From Mobula hypostoma (taxonomy: Eukaryota): DNA of 64,000 nucleotides. This document shows positions 25,535-37,879 of this stretch, in pieces. The stretch is taken from NCBI RefSeq assembly GCF_963921235.1, contig NC_086097.1:120468001-120532000 (forward strand), in the 5' to 3' direction. The position numbers and the translations under genes are program-made. The notes under the pieces were generated by a model, which searched no databases, was not told where the DNA came from, and saw only the letters and a list, made by a program, of their open reading frames with translations. How positions within the stretch are numbered: position 1 is the first letter of the stretch; every line of letters starts with the position of its first letter.

Positions 25535-26010
25535 AGCAAGCAAGTTTATTTGTGTAGCAATTTTCAAACACAAGGCAGTTCCAATTGTTTTACATAGAAC
25601 AAGACATAAAAATCAAACATCAAATTTCAGACAATATCTAAGAGAATAAAATCACACAAAAAATTGACATGTTAAATAGAAGTTATAGGGCAAGAAATTC
25701 TAATTAAAAGCTACAGCGAAAAGTAGCTTTAAGCCTTGAATTAAAAGAGCTTCAAGTTGGGCCAGACTTCAGATCCTCTGGAAGATTATTCTGGACATGT
25801 GGAGCATAGTAACAAAAAGCTGTTTCACCATATTTAGTTTTGACCCTGATGACGGTAAGCAGACCTGCCCCAGATGACTTCAGAGGTCCGGAAGGTTCAT
25901 AATGCAGGAGGAGATCGGAGATGTATTTTGGTCCGAGACCATACAGTGCTTTATAAACCAGTAGTAATATTTTAAGGTCAATCCTCTGATGGACAGGAGG
26001 CCAGAGTGCG
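25535..26010 (-). mobile_element. L2 LINE 3' fragment
   Basis: LWPPVHQRIDLKILLLVYKALYGLGPKYISDLL...LKSS..LLTV.RVKTKYGETAF, typical of the L2 ORF2 C-terminus. Confidence 0.8.
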
Positions 26011-26074
26011 GAATATAGTGTTGCAGTTACATGAAAGTGCAGTGAAGACAACAAAAATGAAAGGCCTATGACTA

Positions 26075-26425
26075 GGCAAATTGGGAGATCAAGAGTTCAT
26101 GAGTACATTTTTGGTGTCTGAGAAGTCCGATAATAGTGGAACAGGAACTGCTCTTGAGTCTGATAGTTTGTGCTCTCAGGCTGTTGTATTCTCTGCCCCA
26201 TGGGAGAGGGGAGAAGAGACAACGAACACAGTGGGAGGAGTTCTTTATTATGTTGGCTGCCGTCACGAGGCAGTGAGATGTGCTGACAGAGTAAACAGAG
26301 GGGATGTTAGCTTGGTCTGGGCTGCATTCACAACTCTGCAACTTCTCATGGTCTTGGGCAGAGAAGTTGCTATTACAAGCTGTGACATAATACAGGATTC
26401 TCTCTATGGCAAATCTATAAAATTC
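26075..26425 (-). mobile_element. Old Rex/Babar-type LINE fragment
   Basis: AANIIKNSSHCVRCLFSPLPWGREYNSLRAQTIRLKSS. Confidence 0.65.
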
Positions 26426-26835
26426 TGAAGAATAATTTTCTTAGCCTTCTGAAGAAGTGGAGTCATAGTCACCAGAGAAATTGCATTGTCTGTAGAGTTT
26501 CCCTTTTTGTCTGCTTTGGAACAGTTTTGTGTACAGTTGTGAATGATTGTGACATAACACTTCCATGGAACTGATAAGCTGACATTATACAGTAGACATT
26601 GATTCATCTGAAACAGTTCTCAATTTATACAGAATTTGACAGAAGAACTAGCATGAGTCTCACAATATTTTTCTTTGGAACAACTATGTCATTTTTTTCA
26701 AATCTGATGGAATTGGCAAGGCAAATTTTATCTAATCTCAGTGACTACTTTATTAGATACCTTATATAAAGTGACCACTGAGTGTATGTACATGGTCTTC
26801 TGCTGTTGTAGCTCATCTACTTCAAAGTTCAGTGT

Positions 26836-29062
26836 ATTTCTCTTCGTGATTTTTATAAATGACCTGGATGAGGAAGTGGAGGAGTGGGTTAGTAAATTTG
26901 CTGATGACACAAAGGTTGGGTGTGTTGTGAATAGTGTGGAGGGCTGTCAGAGCTTGTAGCGGGACACTGATAGGATACAAAACTGGGCTGAGTAGTGGCA
27001 GATAGAGTTCAACCCAGATACGTGTGAGGTGGATCATTTTGGTAGATCAAATATATGGCAGAATATAGTATTAATGTTAAGACTCTTGGCAGTGTGGAGG
27101 ATCAGAGGGACCTTGGGGTCCGAGTCCATAGAACAGTCAAAGCCACTGCGCAGGTTGACTTTGTGGTTAAGAAGGGATATGGTGCATTAGCCTTCATCGA
27201 CCATGGGCTTGAATTTAAGAGCTGAGAGGTAATGCTACAGCTATATAGGACCCCGGTCAAACCTCAATTACAGTACTGTGCTCAGTTCTGGTCACCTCTC
27301 TACAGGAAGGACATGGAAACTACAGAAAGGGTGCAGAGGAGACTTACAAGGATGTTGCCTGGATTGGGAAGCATGCTTTATGAGAATAGGTTGAGTGAAC
27401 TCGGTCTTTTTCCCATGGAGCAGCGGAGAATGAAGGGTGACCTGACAGAGGTGTATAAGATGATGAGAGGCATTTCTCTTTCAATATTTTTATTAATATA
27501 TAAATTGCATAAATACAAATACAAAATTTCTAAGGATACAAGTAATATGAATTATATTACATTTAAATCACAGTAATATCATCACAGTATCCCATATTCC
27601 AAATCAATCATCTAGAAAAAAAAATGAATTATGAAATGAAATAAAATAAAATAATTGTATTCTATTAAAAAAATCTACCCGACTACCAAAATGAGCTAGT
27701 TGGTAAAAAAGAGAAGAAAAAAAAACCTTACCATATAATATTATAATAATAATGGCTCAGATCCATACTTTAATAACAGTTCAAAGATTATGAAAGTAAC
27801 TCAGAAAGGGTCCCCATAATATTAGAAAATCATGTTTAAAATCAGAAATCGAACAATGAATCTTCTCTAGATCGAGGCACAACATAACATTAGATAGCCA
27901 TTGAACATGAATGGGCGGGATGGCCTCCTTCCACTTGAGCAAGATCACCCTCCTGGCCATAAAGGCCAATACCTGAAAATTAGCTGGCTTCAGTTTTGTA
28001 GCACGATCCTCAACAATACCAAACATGGCAGTCAAAGGATTGGGCTTAAAACTAACATTGAAAAGTACAGAAAAAGTTTGAAATACATTTTTCCAAAATT
28101 TTTCAAGGCTCGGACATGTCCAAAACATGTGAATTAGTGTGGCCACTCCATTAGTACATCTATCACAGTAAGCGGAAATATCTGCATAGAAATGAGAAAG
28201 CTTGTCTTTAGATATATGAACCCTATGTACCATTTTGGATTGTAATAAAGAATGACGAGCACATAATGAAGAATTAATCAATTGTAAAATAATCTTACTG
28301 CTCTCTTCAGATAGGAAAATCTGTAAATCCTTTTCCCAGTCTCCTTTAATTTTACCTAAAGAGGCCTTTTTCAGACCCAACAGCAGACCGTAAATGTAAG
28401 ATATTGAACCGTTGTCAAAGGGTTTCAGATTAAAAATTGTGTCTATTACATTCTTACCTGGACTTGTAGGAAATGTATGTAATTGAGATCTTAAAAAATC
28501 TCTAATTTGTAAGTGTCGAAAAAACTGGGTATTGGGAAATGAGAGGCATTGATTGTGTGGATAGTCAGAGGCTTTTTCACAGGGCTGAAATGGCTAGCAT
28601 GAGAGGGCACAGTTTTAAGGTGCTTGGAAGTAGGTAGAAAGGAGATGTCAGGGGCAAGTTTTATTTTTACGCAGAGAGGGGTGAATGCATGGAATAGGCT
28701 GCCAGCAACAGTGGTGGAGGCGGATACAGTAGGGTCTTTTAAGAGACTCCTGGACAGGTACATGCAGTTAAGAAAAATAGAGGGCTATAGGTAACCCTGG
28801 GTAATTTCTAAGGTAAGGACATGTTGAACACAGCTTTGTGGGCCGAAGGACCTGTATTGTGCTGTAGATTTTCTACGTGTCGATGTTTTCCTGTGGAACA
28901 CCTTGAGGTAAACAGAAAAGGTCTCCTTTATTGCCTTCTGCCAATCAGCCAATCTTCTACCTATGCTAGGTACTTCTATGTAATAGCATGGGCTCTTACA
29001 TAGTCAGAATATTAGAAATAGGAGCAGGAGTAGGCTTATGCTGTAGGTTTTCTATATATTAT
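26836..29062 (+). mobile_element. CR1 LINE (CR1-C, copy 2), split by an L1 fragment and carrying a copied flank
   Basis: FINDLDEEVEEWVSKFADDTK, MLQLYRTPVKPQLQYCAQFWSP; tails at ~28855-28888 and ~29037-29062. Confidence 0.85.
27475..28538 (-). mobile_element. L1-clade LINE 3' fragment
   Basis: 12-bp TSD ATGAGAGGCATT (27463-27474, 28539-28550); ORF with CDRC..HMFWTC...LEKIH..LWGPF, homologous to the 5644-8044 C-terminus; minus-strand AATAAA near 27495. Confidence 0.92.
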
Positions 29063-30281
29063 GCTTTGCACATCACTGTTGTAATATGTGGTTATTTGAG
29101 TTCCTGTCACCTTCCAGTCAGCTTCAACCAATCTGGCCATTCTCCTCTGACCTCTCTCTTTAGCAAGGCATTTTTGCCTACAAAACTATCACTCACTGGA
29201 TTTTTTTTTGTTCTTTGCACCATTCTCTGTAAACTTTAGAGACTGCAATGCATGAAAATCTCAGGAGATCATTAGTTTCTAAGATATTCAAACCCCCTTG
29301 TCTGGCACCAACAATCATTCCACAATCTGTCACTTAGATTACATTTCTTTCCCATTGGTTTAATCAACAAATTAACCTTTTGACTACATCCACATGCTTT
29401 TATGTATTGAGTTGCTACCACATGATTGGCTGGTTAGATATTTGCATCAATGTGCAGGTGTATCTAATAAAGTAGCCATTGAGTGTATCGGTACCTGTTT
29501 AGTTTTCTGGTAATTGGCTCTGCATTGTGTGCACAATTATTTGTAGAATCATTACCATCAAGTATCAGACCATTTCAGACATCTGCAGTGAAAGGATCTC
29601 ACTGCTGTGGAGTCTGGGTGCCCTTGAGAGCGAGCAGCTGAATGGAGTCAGCAATCACACCCATAAGTATGCACACTCCAGCCAATTAGGGGTTCATTTT
29701 TGTTTCTATTTAATTCCCTTCCTTTCATTTCAGTCTTCTGAATCTTGACCAAAGCATAGGAATAGAATACGCCCTGCTTATTGAAGTCCACGCTCCAGGA
29801 AAGAAGATGTTGCTAGGAAGTTATGTAGTATTTAGTTTCTGATTCAAAGTCACAATGATGGTGTTACATTTTACTTTGAAAGTTTTTGTTAGCTGCCCTG
29901 CTCGACCAGCTTTTATTACGTTCCCTTTGGTTCTGTTACAGTTTGCATTAAATCTCAGTGAACTTTTCATCCTCCACCAAAGGGAAAAAAGTTGCTTTTG
30001 AAATAGAACGTTTTTGACTGCAAAAATGAAGTTCATATCAACTACAAGATGCTGAGCAAAGATCAGGGAAATAGTAAATTTTTTCAGACTTTCATTTTGT
30101 GGGCTGCATAGTCACTTTGAGGATTGCTGTTTTAGTCACTGAAGAACATCCAATTGTCCTGAGTTTCCTGGATGTAAATAAATCACTTATACTTTCCCAT
30201 ATAGTGTCACCTGCTTATAAAAAGCTGCAGCAGTATGATATGGATGTACTATGCATGTCAGGTTGACTATAGTGATGAAAT

Positions 30282-30696
30282 TGTCAGGGCACTGGAGCAG
30301 CGATCCAATTGCAGACCCAGTACTGTGCACACAGTGATATCAATTGAGTAACAAATCCCAAGGTGCAAACAAAGTCAGCGCCAAAGTTCAGGCAGAGATC
30401 AAAACATCCAGAGAAATCCAAAAACCAGAATCGGGAAACAGGCAGAGTCGATATTCAGATGGACAGTACAGATACGGATGCTGGAAAGGCTCAGGAAAAT
30501 TCACTGGCACAATCTGACAACAAACAGGTGAAAACACAGGACTGAAATACACTGAGCAATAAACAGAGAGGCAGATGATAGGTGGAGCACAATGAGACAC
30601 AGGTGGCAGCAATACAGGTAATAATGAGAACTAGATGAGAGATGGAGTACTCAGTAATACAGGGGCTGGAGTGGAGTTCAGCTGGAGGTACAGACA
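30282..30696 (-). repeat. 3' LTR of the chromovirus
   Basis: Direct repeat of 34071-34563 with an ~80-bp deletion; preceded on the minus strand by purine-rich AGGGGAAGG. Confidence 0.88.
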
Positions 30697-32109
30697 ACAC
30701 ACCTTCCCCTATGGATGCCTCCTGGCATCACAGCAGGTACAGCTGGGTGCTGGCGATGAAAGGCCCTGATGAGAGAAGAGTCCAGGATGTTACTGGCTGG
30801 GATCTAGCACCTCTCCTCAGGACCATAGCCCTCCCACTCCACAAGGTACTGGAGGCCATAGCCCCGGCAACAAACGTCCAGCAGGTGACGCACTGTGAAG
30901 GCCTCTGCCCTATCGAAGAGCCGTGGGGAAGGTGGGGGTGTGGTTTGGGGACAGGACACAGGGGGTGGCTCATGATGGGCTTGATGTGGGACACATGGAA
31001 GGTGGGATGAATGCAGTGGAGAGTGGAGGGGAGCTTGAGTTGGATGGTAGCAAGGCTGATGACTTTAGCAACGGGAAAAGGCTGATGAAGCGAGGGGTGA
31101 GCTTACAGGAATCCACCTTGAGGGGCGGATCTCGGGTTGAAAGCCACATACACTGTCCCTGGCAGTAGCATGGGGCCTTGGAGCAGTGGCAGTCAGCTTG
31201 ACACTTGATCCTTGCAGAGACACGGAGAAGGGCAGAATGAGTTCGCCTCCATGTCCGCTGACAATGGTGGATGAATGCCTTGGCAGATGGAACGCCAACC
31301 TCCTCCTTCTGGGCAGGAAACAGTGGAGGTTTGTAGCCAGGGCAGCACTCGAATGGGGACAGACTGGGGGATGAGGACGATGAGAGTTTATGGCATACTC
31401 AGCCCAGGGTAGCTGCTGACTCCACGCATAGGGGTTCTGGGAGAACAGACACTACAATACTGTCTCTAGCTGTTGGTTGGCCCGCTCTGTCTGGCCATTG
31501 GTCTGTGGGTGGAATCCTGAAGACAGACTCACCGAGGCACCCAGAGGATTACAGAATGCCCTCCAGAAGCTGGATGCGAATTGAGAGCCCCTGTCTGACA
31601 CAACATCTACAGGTAAACTAAGTAATTTGAAAACATGCAGTACTAGTAATTTGGCTGTTTTTTGGCAGAGGGGAGTTTAGATACACACTTGGAGAAATGA
31701 TCAACTACAGTGAGAAAGGTGGTATTACCATCTGATGGGGGAAGACCGGTGATAAAATTCAAGGCAATGTGGGACCAGGGTCTCTTGGGGATAGACAGGA
31801 GTTGTAACAGACCAGCAGGTGACTGGTTAGAGTTCTTGCCTTGAGCACAGACCGAGCAGGCAGAGACAAAATTGTGGATGTTATCTCCCATGGAGGGCCA
31901 CCAGAACTGTCGGCTGATGAAGGCCTGAGTACGCTTGGTTCCAGGGTGACAGGATAACCGGGAAGAATGACCCCACTGCAATACCTGTGAGCGGACAGAG
32001 CTGGGAACATAAACAGGGTTAGTGGGGCATTGACTAGGGGCTGCCTCGATCTGTTGAGCAGTAGGCACAATGGCTTCAATGTCCCATTGTGTTGCACACA
32101 TGAGACAGT

Positions 32110-32177
32110 GAGCAGGGAGGATGACAGCAGGGAGGATGACAGCAGGGAGGATGACAGCATGGAGGATGACAGCAGGG
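32110..32177. repeat. 15-bp tandem repeat, ~4 copies (CAGCAGGGAGGATGA)
   Basis: Encodes (P/H)AVIL repeats in the RNase H-integrase linker. Confidence 0.9.
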
Positions 32178-34070
32178 ACCTCAGGGGTCTCAGAGGAAGG
32201 AAATCTTTGAGAGGGCATCAGGTTTTCCATTCGTGGAACTGGGGCAGAAGGACAGAGCAAAATTGAATCTTGAGAAAACAGGGACCAATGAGCTTGACGG
32301 GAGTTGAGATGCTTGACAGTACAGATATATTCCAGGTTTTTGTGATAGTCCAGACTAAAAATGGTACCTTGGCTCTCTCCAGCCAATACCTCCAATCCTC
32401 CAGAGCTAGCTTCACAGCCAGTAGCTCCTGGTTTCCGGCATCATAATTCTGCTCCATGGGAGTGAGGCAGTAAGAGAAGGCGGTGCAGGGGTGTACCTTC
32501 TCATCCTTGGCCGAGTGCTGAGAGAGAACAGCTTCTACGCCAATGTTAGACACGTCCACCTCCACAATGAACTGCCGGTTGGTGTCGGGTTGAAACAGGA
32601 TGGGAGTAGAGGTGAAATGTTCCCTCAGGTCAGAGAATGCTTTTTCAGCAGCAGGGGACCAGGAGAATCTGACAGCCAATGGGTAAGAGCAGTGAGTGGT
32701 GCAGCCAGTGTACTGTAATTTCTGATGAAGCAGCGTTAGAAATTAGCAAAGCCCAAGAAGCATTGCAACTCCCAACGAGTTGAAGGTTGGGGCCATTCGA
32801 CCACAGTCTTGACCTTCTGTTGGTCCATCTGAATGGAACCGCGTGAAATTATAAACCCCAGGAAGAAGATGTTATTGTGATGAAACTCACATTTCTCAGT
32901 CTTCACAAAGAGCTGGTTCTCCAGAAGGCATTGGAGAAGTCTGCAGACCCCTCCGCACCAGAATCGACCAAGACACTGCTCGCCGTTGGACGCCCCACTC
33001 CAGAGAAGCAGGTATGAGAGTGAGTGGTGTCAAGGAGGGCCGGACAGGGGTCACGCTCACCAATACTCCTCATCCTACTGGTGAACGCTTGGCTTTTACT
33101 GGGCAGGTGGAGATTCAGTGGTCTGGTTGGCCACAGTACGGACAGGATCGTGTGCTGATTCTCCTTTGTCTTTCAGTTGGCGTCTGGCAGGTACAGTCGA
33201 CCTTCATAGCTTTGGGCTCTGGAACAGGAATTGTAGATGGGGACAAATGGCAGGGCAATGTGGTCTGACGAGGAGCTTGGAACTCACTCAGTGGACCCAG
33301 GGACCCTCTGTAACCCCTCCCTCTGCAGCGCTGCTGAAGGCGAACATCAATACAGATGGCTAAATCCACCAGGGCTTCAAAGGTGGCAGGAATGTCCTGG
33401 GTGACCAGCTCATCTTTGATATCTGAGAGGCCATTCAGGAAGGTGTCATAATGTGCCTCTTAGTTCCAGCCACTGGAGGTGGCTAGGGTCCGGAACTCTA
33501 AGGCGTAATCTGACACAGATCTGCACCTCTGGTGCATGTGCAGCATTTCAAGGGCAGCCTCTCTCCCATCTTTGGAGCGATCAAAGACTTTTCTCATCTC
33601 CTCAGAAAATAACTGGAAACTACTGCAGGAAGTGGTGCCTGCCTCCCAGACGGCTGTTCCCCATTCTCTTGCCCAACCGGAAGTTGGGTGATGACTAGGC
33701 TCGATCAGACAGAGATGTTGTTGGCTGCAATTCAAAAATGAGGGTGCACTGGGAAAGAAAAGGGTGGCAGGTACTGGGCTCACTCGAGTACTTTTCTGGA
33801 GGAGACAGACAGGGCTCTTGGATGGGAGGAGCATGCGAGGACAGAGAGGGCAGGGTGGAAGATGCAGTTGCAAAATGTTGATGGACGCTCTGGGGTAGCT
33901 AGACTGACTGATCCTGGGCCCCAAGATCGGCTACAATGGCAGAAAGTGACTCTACTGTCCTGAACACAGATTCCAGCTGGTTCTGGAGTCTCACCAGCGT
34001 CACTCTCTGTTGTTCCAGGATAACTCTCAGATGACCGGGGTCTGCTGGATTCATTCTGGCCAGATTGTCT

Positions 34071-34563
34071 TATCAGGGCACTGGAGCAGGGATCCAATTG
34101 CAGACCCAGTACTGTGCACACAGTAATATTAATTGAGTAACAAACCCCAAGGTGCAAACAAAGTTGGCATCAAAGTTCAGGCAGAGATCAAAACATCAAG
34201 AGAAATCCTAAAACTAGAACTAGGAAACAGGCAGAGTCAATATTCAGATGGACAGACTACAGATACAAATGCTGGACAGGCTCAGGAAAATTCACTGGCA
34301 CAATCTGACAACAAACAGGTGAAAACACAGGACTGAAATACACTGAGCAATAAACAGAGAGGCAGATGATAGGTGGAGCGCAATGAGACACAGGTCGCAG
34401 CAATACAGGTAATAATGAGAAGCAGATGAGAGACGGAGTACTCAGTAATACAGGGGCTGGAGTAGAGCAGGAGCGGGGACAGGAGCACATGGCAATACAA
34501 AACCACAGACTGACAGCTGGGAGAAACACACAAAAAGACCGAGTTCAACTGGAGGTACTTATA
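34071..34563 (-). repeat. 5' LTR of the chromovirus
   Basis: Direct repeat of 30282-30696, adjacent to the primer-site region and gag ATG. Confidence 0.88.
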
Positions 34564-34790
34564 GAAACTTGTACAGAATTTTCTTTGCTCTCACTTATGG
34601 TTAGAAGCTGGAGTGTGTCGATGCAGCGGCCTTTTGGGGGTCAACAAAAGGTGTCTTTCTCTTTGTAAAATTTGTTTTTTTACAATCCTAAGACAATTCT
34701 AGTCCAAGAACATGGGGTTCTGCAGGAATACTCCAGCAGTGTGTGCTCGTTGATCAGAGTAGCTGGCCTATTGTTAGTGGTGTTAACAGA

Positions 34791-34881
34791 CAGGATGTTA
34801 GAGGAGCCTGCCGGGATGCTGGGGAAAGAGCCCACCAGGATGTTAGGGAAGGAACCCGCCGGTGTGTCAGAAGAGCCTGGT
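34791..34881. repeat. Imperfect 21-24-bp tandem repeat, 4 units
   Basis: CAGGATGTTAGAGGAGCCTGC / CGGGATGCTGGGGAAAGAGCCCAC / CAGGATGTTAGGGAAGGAACCCGC / CGGTGTGTCAGAAGAGCCTGG. Confidence 0.7.
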
Positions 34882-35444
34882 TGGGTTTGGAGGAGCTGCC
34901 CTAGTTGCAGACCGTGTTTCTGCCTGTTATTTGGAAGCATTGAAGTTGGTACAGTATAACCGGGGGGAAGATTGCCTCACGCATTTCACTTGCAATTGCT
35001 AGACTCTGCTGGACACTGATAATGTAATTTGCTGCAGGCTTGTTACCCTTGTCTGGTGGAGAGACAAACGACATGGGAGCTCTGTACCCTCGGTTGTCTG
35101 GAGGACCAGGCCTCAAGCCTCCGGCTTGCCTGTTACTGCAGACCAGGTGAGAGATATGGAAGCATTTACATGGAGGCATCCAAGCTCGGCTGGGGCCTGG
35201 CACCTCCTGTCAGTGCTGCCCTCCGTGTTCGAGCAGTGGAATGACAGGCTGGATTTTGTGCGTTTGAACACTGCCAGGAGAGTGTACCATTGATTGCTGG
35301 TACATTCTCACTCAGGATCTTGGACTATACATATGTTTTTTTTTCTCGAGTGAATGCACTTCTTTTCTCACTATTTTGAATTGTTACTCACTATTTTTGA
35401 ACGTTTGCTTGCTATTTTGAATGTTTTGCAGCACATTACTTGTC

Positions 35445-36245
35445 CTTCAGCCCACAATGTTGTGGCAACCTTTTAATCAAGTCTAAGATCCATTTTTCTG
35501 TAATCCATGTGCCTATCTAAAAGTTTCTTAAATGCCCCTAATATATTTCCCTCTACCAACACCCCTCGCAGGGTGCTCCACACACCCACTACTCCTTGTG
35601 TAATGAACTTACCTCTGACATCTCCCCTGTACCTTCCTCTAATCACCTTAAAACCTTATCCATAGTGTTAGCCATTTCTATCCTGGGAAAAAGTCTCTGG
35701 TGATCCACTCTATCTATGCCTCTTGAAAATAATTTCTGTCATCTTGTACACCTCTATCAAGTCATTGCACATGCTCCTTTTCTCCAAAGATAAAAGCCCC
35801 AGCTCATTCAACCTATCTTCATAAGACACGCCTTCTAGTTCAGGCAGCATCCTGGAAAATTTTCTCTACACCTTCCTCTAAAGCTTCCATATCTTTCTGA
35901 CAATAAAACAACCAGAACCGAACACAATATCCTTGGTTGTTCTAACCAAGGTTCTTTAGAACTGTAAAAATACTCTGCAGCTCTTGAACTCGATCCTCTG
36001 GCTATGGAAAGCCAACACATTATACGCCTTCTTAACAAACTTCTCAACTTGCACAGCAACTTTGAAGGATCTACAGACATGGACCCCAAGATCCCTCTGT
36101 TCCTCCAAACTGCCAAGAATCCAACCATTAACTCTGTACTCCGCCTTCAAATTTGAACTTCCAAATTGAATCACTTCATACTTTACTGGGTTGAACTGCC
36201 TTCCACTTCTCAGCCCAGCTCTCAGCATCCTGTCAATGTCCCATT
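35445..36245 (-). mobile_element. CR1 LINE 3' fragment
   Basis: FNPVKYEVIQFGSSN..EQRDLGVHV..VKKAYNVLAF. Confidence 0.8.
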
Positions 36246-36469
36246 ACTTACTCTGCAACTAGATCTAAATCCAATGCAAAATAAAGTGGCGATACCTGGA
36301 AATGGGAAGGTTTGTAATGTGTTGCCACTGTTACCTGATGGTCTTGGCAGGGACTTGCTTTCAACTGGATGGCAGGTAGTGGGGGATTTGGAACAGTGTC
36401 ATGCCACAGTGGTGCAGCCAAAAACGTTGCTGCTTCGTGGGTGCACTGAACCAAATCCAAATTAGGTGA

Positions 36470-36600
36470 TGCCTATATGGAGTTTGCATGTTCTCCCTGT
36501 GACCACCTGGGCTTTTATTAACAACACTAGTTGTCTCCCACATCTCTAAAATATCTGTGGTTGGTTATGCACTGTTGATTTTCCTTAGCATAACTGGATG
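36470..36600 (+). mobile_element. V-SINE fragment
   Basis: V-domain-like TGGAGTTTGCATGTTCTCCCTGTGACC. Confidence 0.5.
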
Positions 36601-37737
36601 ATCGAATGGGAATGAGAGGAGGGTGAAGGTTGATGACAATGTGGTAAGGAGAGGTTTTACAGAAGAATTTATGTAAGGATGGGATTGGTCAGTGATTTGG
36701 TATAGACTCAATAAGCTGCATAGCCTCACTCCAAGTTGAAAGGGAATACAGAATTATGAAAGCATGAAGACATGTATTTTCCAAATGTTTGGAATAGCTG
36801 AGATTTTTGGTCAAAGAATTTGGCACATCTGCCCAGTCGACCTAATTTCTTCAGGATCTGGGTATCACTGTTTTACTCAGGACAACCTTTAAGTTATGGA
36901 CTTCAGTTCAGCAGCTGATGTAGTGTCTTGATACATTGCCATTGCCATGAGTGAAAATATGCTTGGAGCCAATGGCAAAACAATGCAAAAATGACGAAAC
37001 ATTAAGATTAATTTGAGAAATGTGGCTTGTTCTCCCATCAGGACCACCAAGCTTTCTGCTCAATAAATGATTAATTCTTCAATTTACTTCTTGGACTGGA
37101 AAACAGGAAAAATAAATCAGAGTTTTCTTCATCTGCTGAGTAGTGTGTAAAGACACAATAGCTGGTAAATACTGTGCACTGTTGATTTAAAGTTAATACA
37201 ATACCTGGAAAGACTCCTGTGTACCAAGCAACATTATGAGGTGTCAGATTATGAAAAAAAGTTTACTCATAATATTTTTTTTTCATTCCTGCATTTGTGT
37301 CTGGCAGGATTGAGTGTGCCTATTCAACAGTACTACTTAGTTTCAAAGATCCTTGAAAACTTTTAAACTTCCCTCAGTGGCCATAAACTCCATTCCGCAG
37401 CAAAACAGTCAGAATTTTAGTGAAGAGAAAAACTACAAGGCTCCAGCATTAGAGTAACGTTTGCTAATCCTTAATCGGAAAATTGAAATGATAAAGGAGA
37501 GGTGAAATACTTGAGCTCCATTCATAAGTATTTTGATGCCCAAAAATGATGCCAATAATGTAGAGCAGCATTAATAATGTAGTCACACTGGAAGGGGATT
37601 ATTTTTAGTCTATGGCTACGATTCATGGGAATGCCATCTGTAGGTACACTGTTAATTAGGTACCAAATAGGATGATAGATGTGATTGTTTGCTGTTAACT
37701 AATGCAGTTCACATTAAAGTATACCACAAAAGTGCAG

Positions 37738-37860
37738 CAACACAAACAAAATGCTGGTGGAACTCGGCATGTCAGGCAGCATCTATGGAGAGGAGTAAGC
37801 AGGACCTGATGAAGGGTCTTGGACGAAAACGTCGTGTTTTTGTCATGCCATGATGCTAAC
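37738..37860. repeat. Penelope-like inverted terminal repeat with hammerhead-like core
   Basis: Reverse-orientation repeat end followed by forward CCTGATGAAGGGTCTTGGACGAAAACGTCG. Confidence 0.65.
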
Positions 37861-37879
37861 AGACAGGATGCTCTCCACG

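Larger units (their letters stand above)
26735..29485 (-). mobile_element. Non-autonomous Tc1-like element, copy 1, interrupted by CR1 and L1
   Basis: TIR-like CTCAGTGACTACTTTATTAG and CTAATAAAGTAGCCATTGAGTG, TA on both sides; body matches 61928-62486. Confidence 0.82.
30282..34563 (-). mobile_element. Gypsy chromovirus (Tf1/sushi type), internally deleted and degenerate
   Basis: LTRs 30282-30696 and 34071-34563; flanks GAAAT and GAAAC; gag start MNPAD at 34054, knuckle CPYCGQPDH, protease [10 protein letters not shown] thumb, RNase [20 protein letters not shown], integrase HPG..FWWP..CSVC..PWSHIALNF, chromodomain [13 protein letters not shown]. Confidence 0.92.

Noticed and set aside
32110..32177. 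CRISPR-like or functional peptide repeat
   Set aside because: Head-to-tail 15-mers without spacers inside a dead pol gene; slippage expansion
34791..34881. Repeat-spacer array
   Set aside because: Contiguous degenerate minisatellite with no unique spacers or cas genes, in a eukaryotic context
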